Positions 62,556-64,000 of a stretch of 64,000 bases of DNA are shown piece by piece (the stretch's first letter is position 1; the number at the start of each line of letters is the position of its first letter). The notes under the pieces were generated by a model. The model saw nothing but the letters and a program-made list of their open reading frames with translations. It was not told the DNA's origin and ran no database searches. The translations under genes and the position numbers were made by a program. Source of the DNA: an uncultured bacterium. GTDB lineage: Bacteria; Verrucomicrobiota; Verrucomicrobiia; Limisphaerales; UBA8199. The DNA is taken from contig CAVVMW010000021.1 in the NCBI GenBank assembly GCA_963749495.1, positions 512,001-576,000 of the forward strand, given 5' to 3'.

Positions 62556-64000
62556 ATGAACAGCCAACTGGAAAGCCCGCTGGTCAGAGCGGTGAACCCT
62601 GAATCCGGTCGCCTGCTCGGGTTTCTGGGCCGCTCGAAGATGAAGGCGCCCCCACGGACGCCCGATACGGAGATCTACCTGATGAAGCTGGAGCCGCAGG
62701 GCAAGTCCCTGCAAAGGCTGCCCCCGAGCGACGCCGCCATTGACTGCTCGCCGGAGGACTGTTTTTTCTGCGTCTTCACCAAGGGCCTGCCTTTCGAGAT
62801 GGTTTTCAGCGCCGTCCTGACCGATTCCAGGGGCCAGCGGTGGGACGCGGCATTCTCGGGCACGTGGCGGGTGGCGGACGGGCAGCGCCTTCTCGAGGAC
62901 GGCGTCATGAACCTGGTGTCGCCGGCCGCGCCATTCACGCGCGCCATGGCGGAGGCCTGGGCCGACTCGAGGCTCAACGCGAAGGTCAAGGACGCCGTTC
63001 AGGGCAGGTCCATCGAACAGATGCGGGACCAGGAGGTGCTCCCGTTGAGTTGGTGGAAGGGCCAGTTCAATCAATGGCTGGAGCCTTGCGGGCTGAGCGT
63101 CGAGCTGGTCCCGCCGGTGCGCTGGGAGAGCGCCCAGGCGGCGGTGGCGGAGGCCGCGCGCCGCAAGCAGGAGGAGGCCCAATGCCTGGCCGAGGAGACC
63201 GCGCGAGGCCGCCAGGCCGCGCTGGCCATGCAGGAGGCGGCCGCCCAATTCGATCTCAAACGCCATCGGCTGGAGACGGAACTGGCCGATGAGAAACAGC
63301 GGGTCATCCGCGACCGGGAGTTGTCCGACAAGACGCGGGAGCAGCAGTTGGTCGAGATGGAAGAGCAGTTCAAGCAGCGCCGCCTCAAGCTGCAGATGGA
63401 GTATCACGAAATGGAGTCCAAGCTCCAGGGGGCGATGGCCGAAAGCCAAAAGCAGGCCGCGCAGCGGCAACTGGCCATGGCCCAACTCTGCGAGCAGGAG
63501 GACCTCCGCAAGGCGCAGCAGGCCCAGGACCGCATGCGCCAGGCGCAGGTCGAGGACAAGAAACTGGAGCTCGAACTGGCCAGGATGGATTCCCAGATCC
63601 AGAAGGAGCGGCTGGAACTGGAGCAGGACCGCCGCCGCCTCCAACTGGAAATCCAAAGCCGCGAGTTGGAGGTCCAGGCCGCCGGCCAGCGCCTCGAACA
63701 CGACCGCCTGGCCGTGGCCGACGCCCAGGCCCTCAATGACCAGGCCATCGCCCGCCAGCAGGAGACGCTGGAGTCCCTCAGGGCCATGCACAAGACCTTC
63801 AGCGACCTGGCCGGCATCTTCAAGCCCCTGCTCTGGATGCTCATGGATGTAAAGAGCCGCTACACGGCCGTGGGCTGGGCCGAGGCGGTCCACTTCGACC
63901 CGGAGAAGCTGGCGGCCCTGGGCTTTGTCACGCCGCAAGTCTTCTTTGACAAGCTGCGGCGCAAAGGCGACGAGGACGGCGCCCCCATCCTCTTGCGCAA
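62556..64000 (+). CDS. Coiled-coil protein with possible SPFH-like N-terminal domain (runs off right edge)
   Basis: Open from ATG 62556 (MNSQLESPLVRAVNPES...) with strong GC3 bias and a long E/Q/R/K-rich heptad region. Not in the ORF track because it has no stop in the window. Confidence 0.7.
   Translation, partial: MNSQLESPLVRAVNPESGRLLGFLGRSKMKAPPRTPDTEIYLMKLEPQGKSLQRLPPSDAAIDCSPEDCFFCVFTKGLPFEMVFSAVLTDSRGQRWDAAFSGTWRVADGQRLLEDGVMNLVSPAAPFTRAMAEAWADSRLNAKVKDAVQGRSIEQMRDQEVLPLSWWKGQFNQWLEPCGLSVELVPPVRWESAQAAVAEAARRKQEEAQCLAEETARGRQAALAMQEAAAQFDLKRHRLETELADEKQRVIRDRELSDKTREQQLVEMEEQFKQRRLKLQMEYHEMESKLQGAMAESQKQAAQRQLAMAQLCEQEDLRKAQQAQDRMRQAQVEDKKLELELARMDSQIQKERLELEQDRRRLQLEIQSRELEVQAAGQRLEHDRLAVADAQALNDQAIARQQETLESLRAMHKTFSDLAGIFKPLLWMLMDVKSRYTAVGWAEAVHFDPEKLAALGFVTPQVFFDKLRRKGDEDGAPILLR

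Overview
GC-rich bacterial DNA, most likely Verrucomicrobiota (Pedosphaera/Limisphaera-like). This assignment is inferred from the prepilin H-X-DG proteins, LTD/CotH and LamG exoproteins with F(Y/F)RL-type C-termini, and dense palindromic repeats. Left to right the window contains: (1) a partial IS1634 transposase beside toxin-antitoxin debris; (2) a glycan-utilisation-like locus (MBL hydrolase, LTD-LamG-CotH protein, discoidin/LamG protein, AraC regulator, two paralogous pilin-like proteins, secreted GH52 xylosidase); (3) a ~5.4 kb locus (18.5-23.9 kb) with two near-identical HUH/Y1 (RAYT-like) transposase genes embedded in arrays of nested, variably truncated copies of their own ~33-bp terminal inverted repeat, inside a decayed RHS locus, which is the most unusual feature; (4) a MidA methyltransferase, pilT/pilU, an ABC exporter, Uma2 and glycoside-hydrolase-like genes; (5) a folE2-dksA-rpmG-rpsR cluster in which all four products look zinc-independent; (6) an ECF sigma / anti-sigma-secretin-fragment-VWA / giant membrane protein operon; (7) a TolC-adaptor-MacB-type efflux operon; (8) a nucleotidyltransferase TA-like pair, a dipeptidase and a coiled-coil ORF running off the right edge. 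About a dozen genes carry single-base frameshifts, probably sequencing or consensus errors. I saw no rRNA, tRNA or CRISPR array. All protein family calls come from motif recognition by eye, not database searches.
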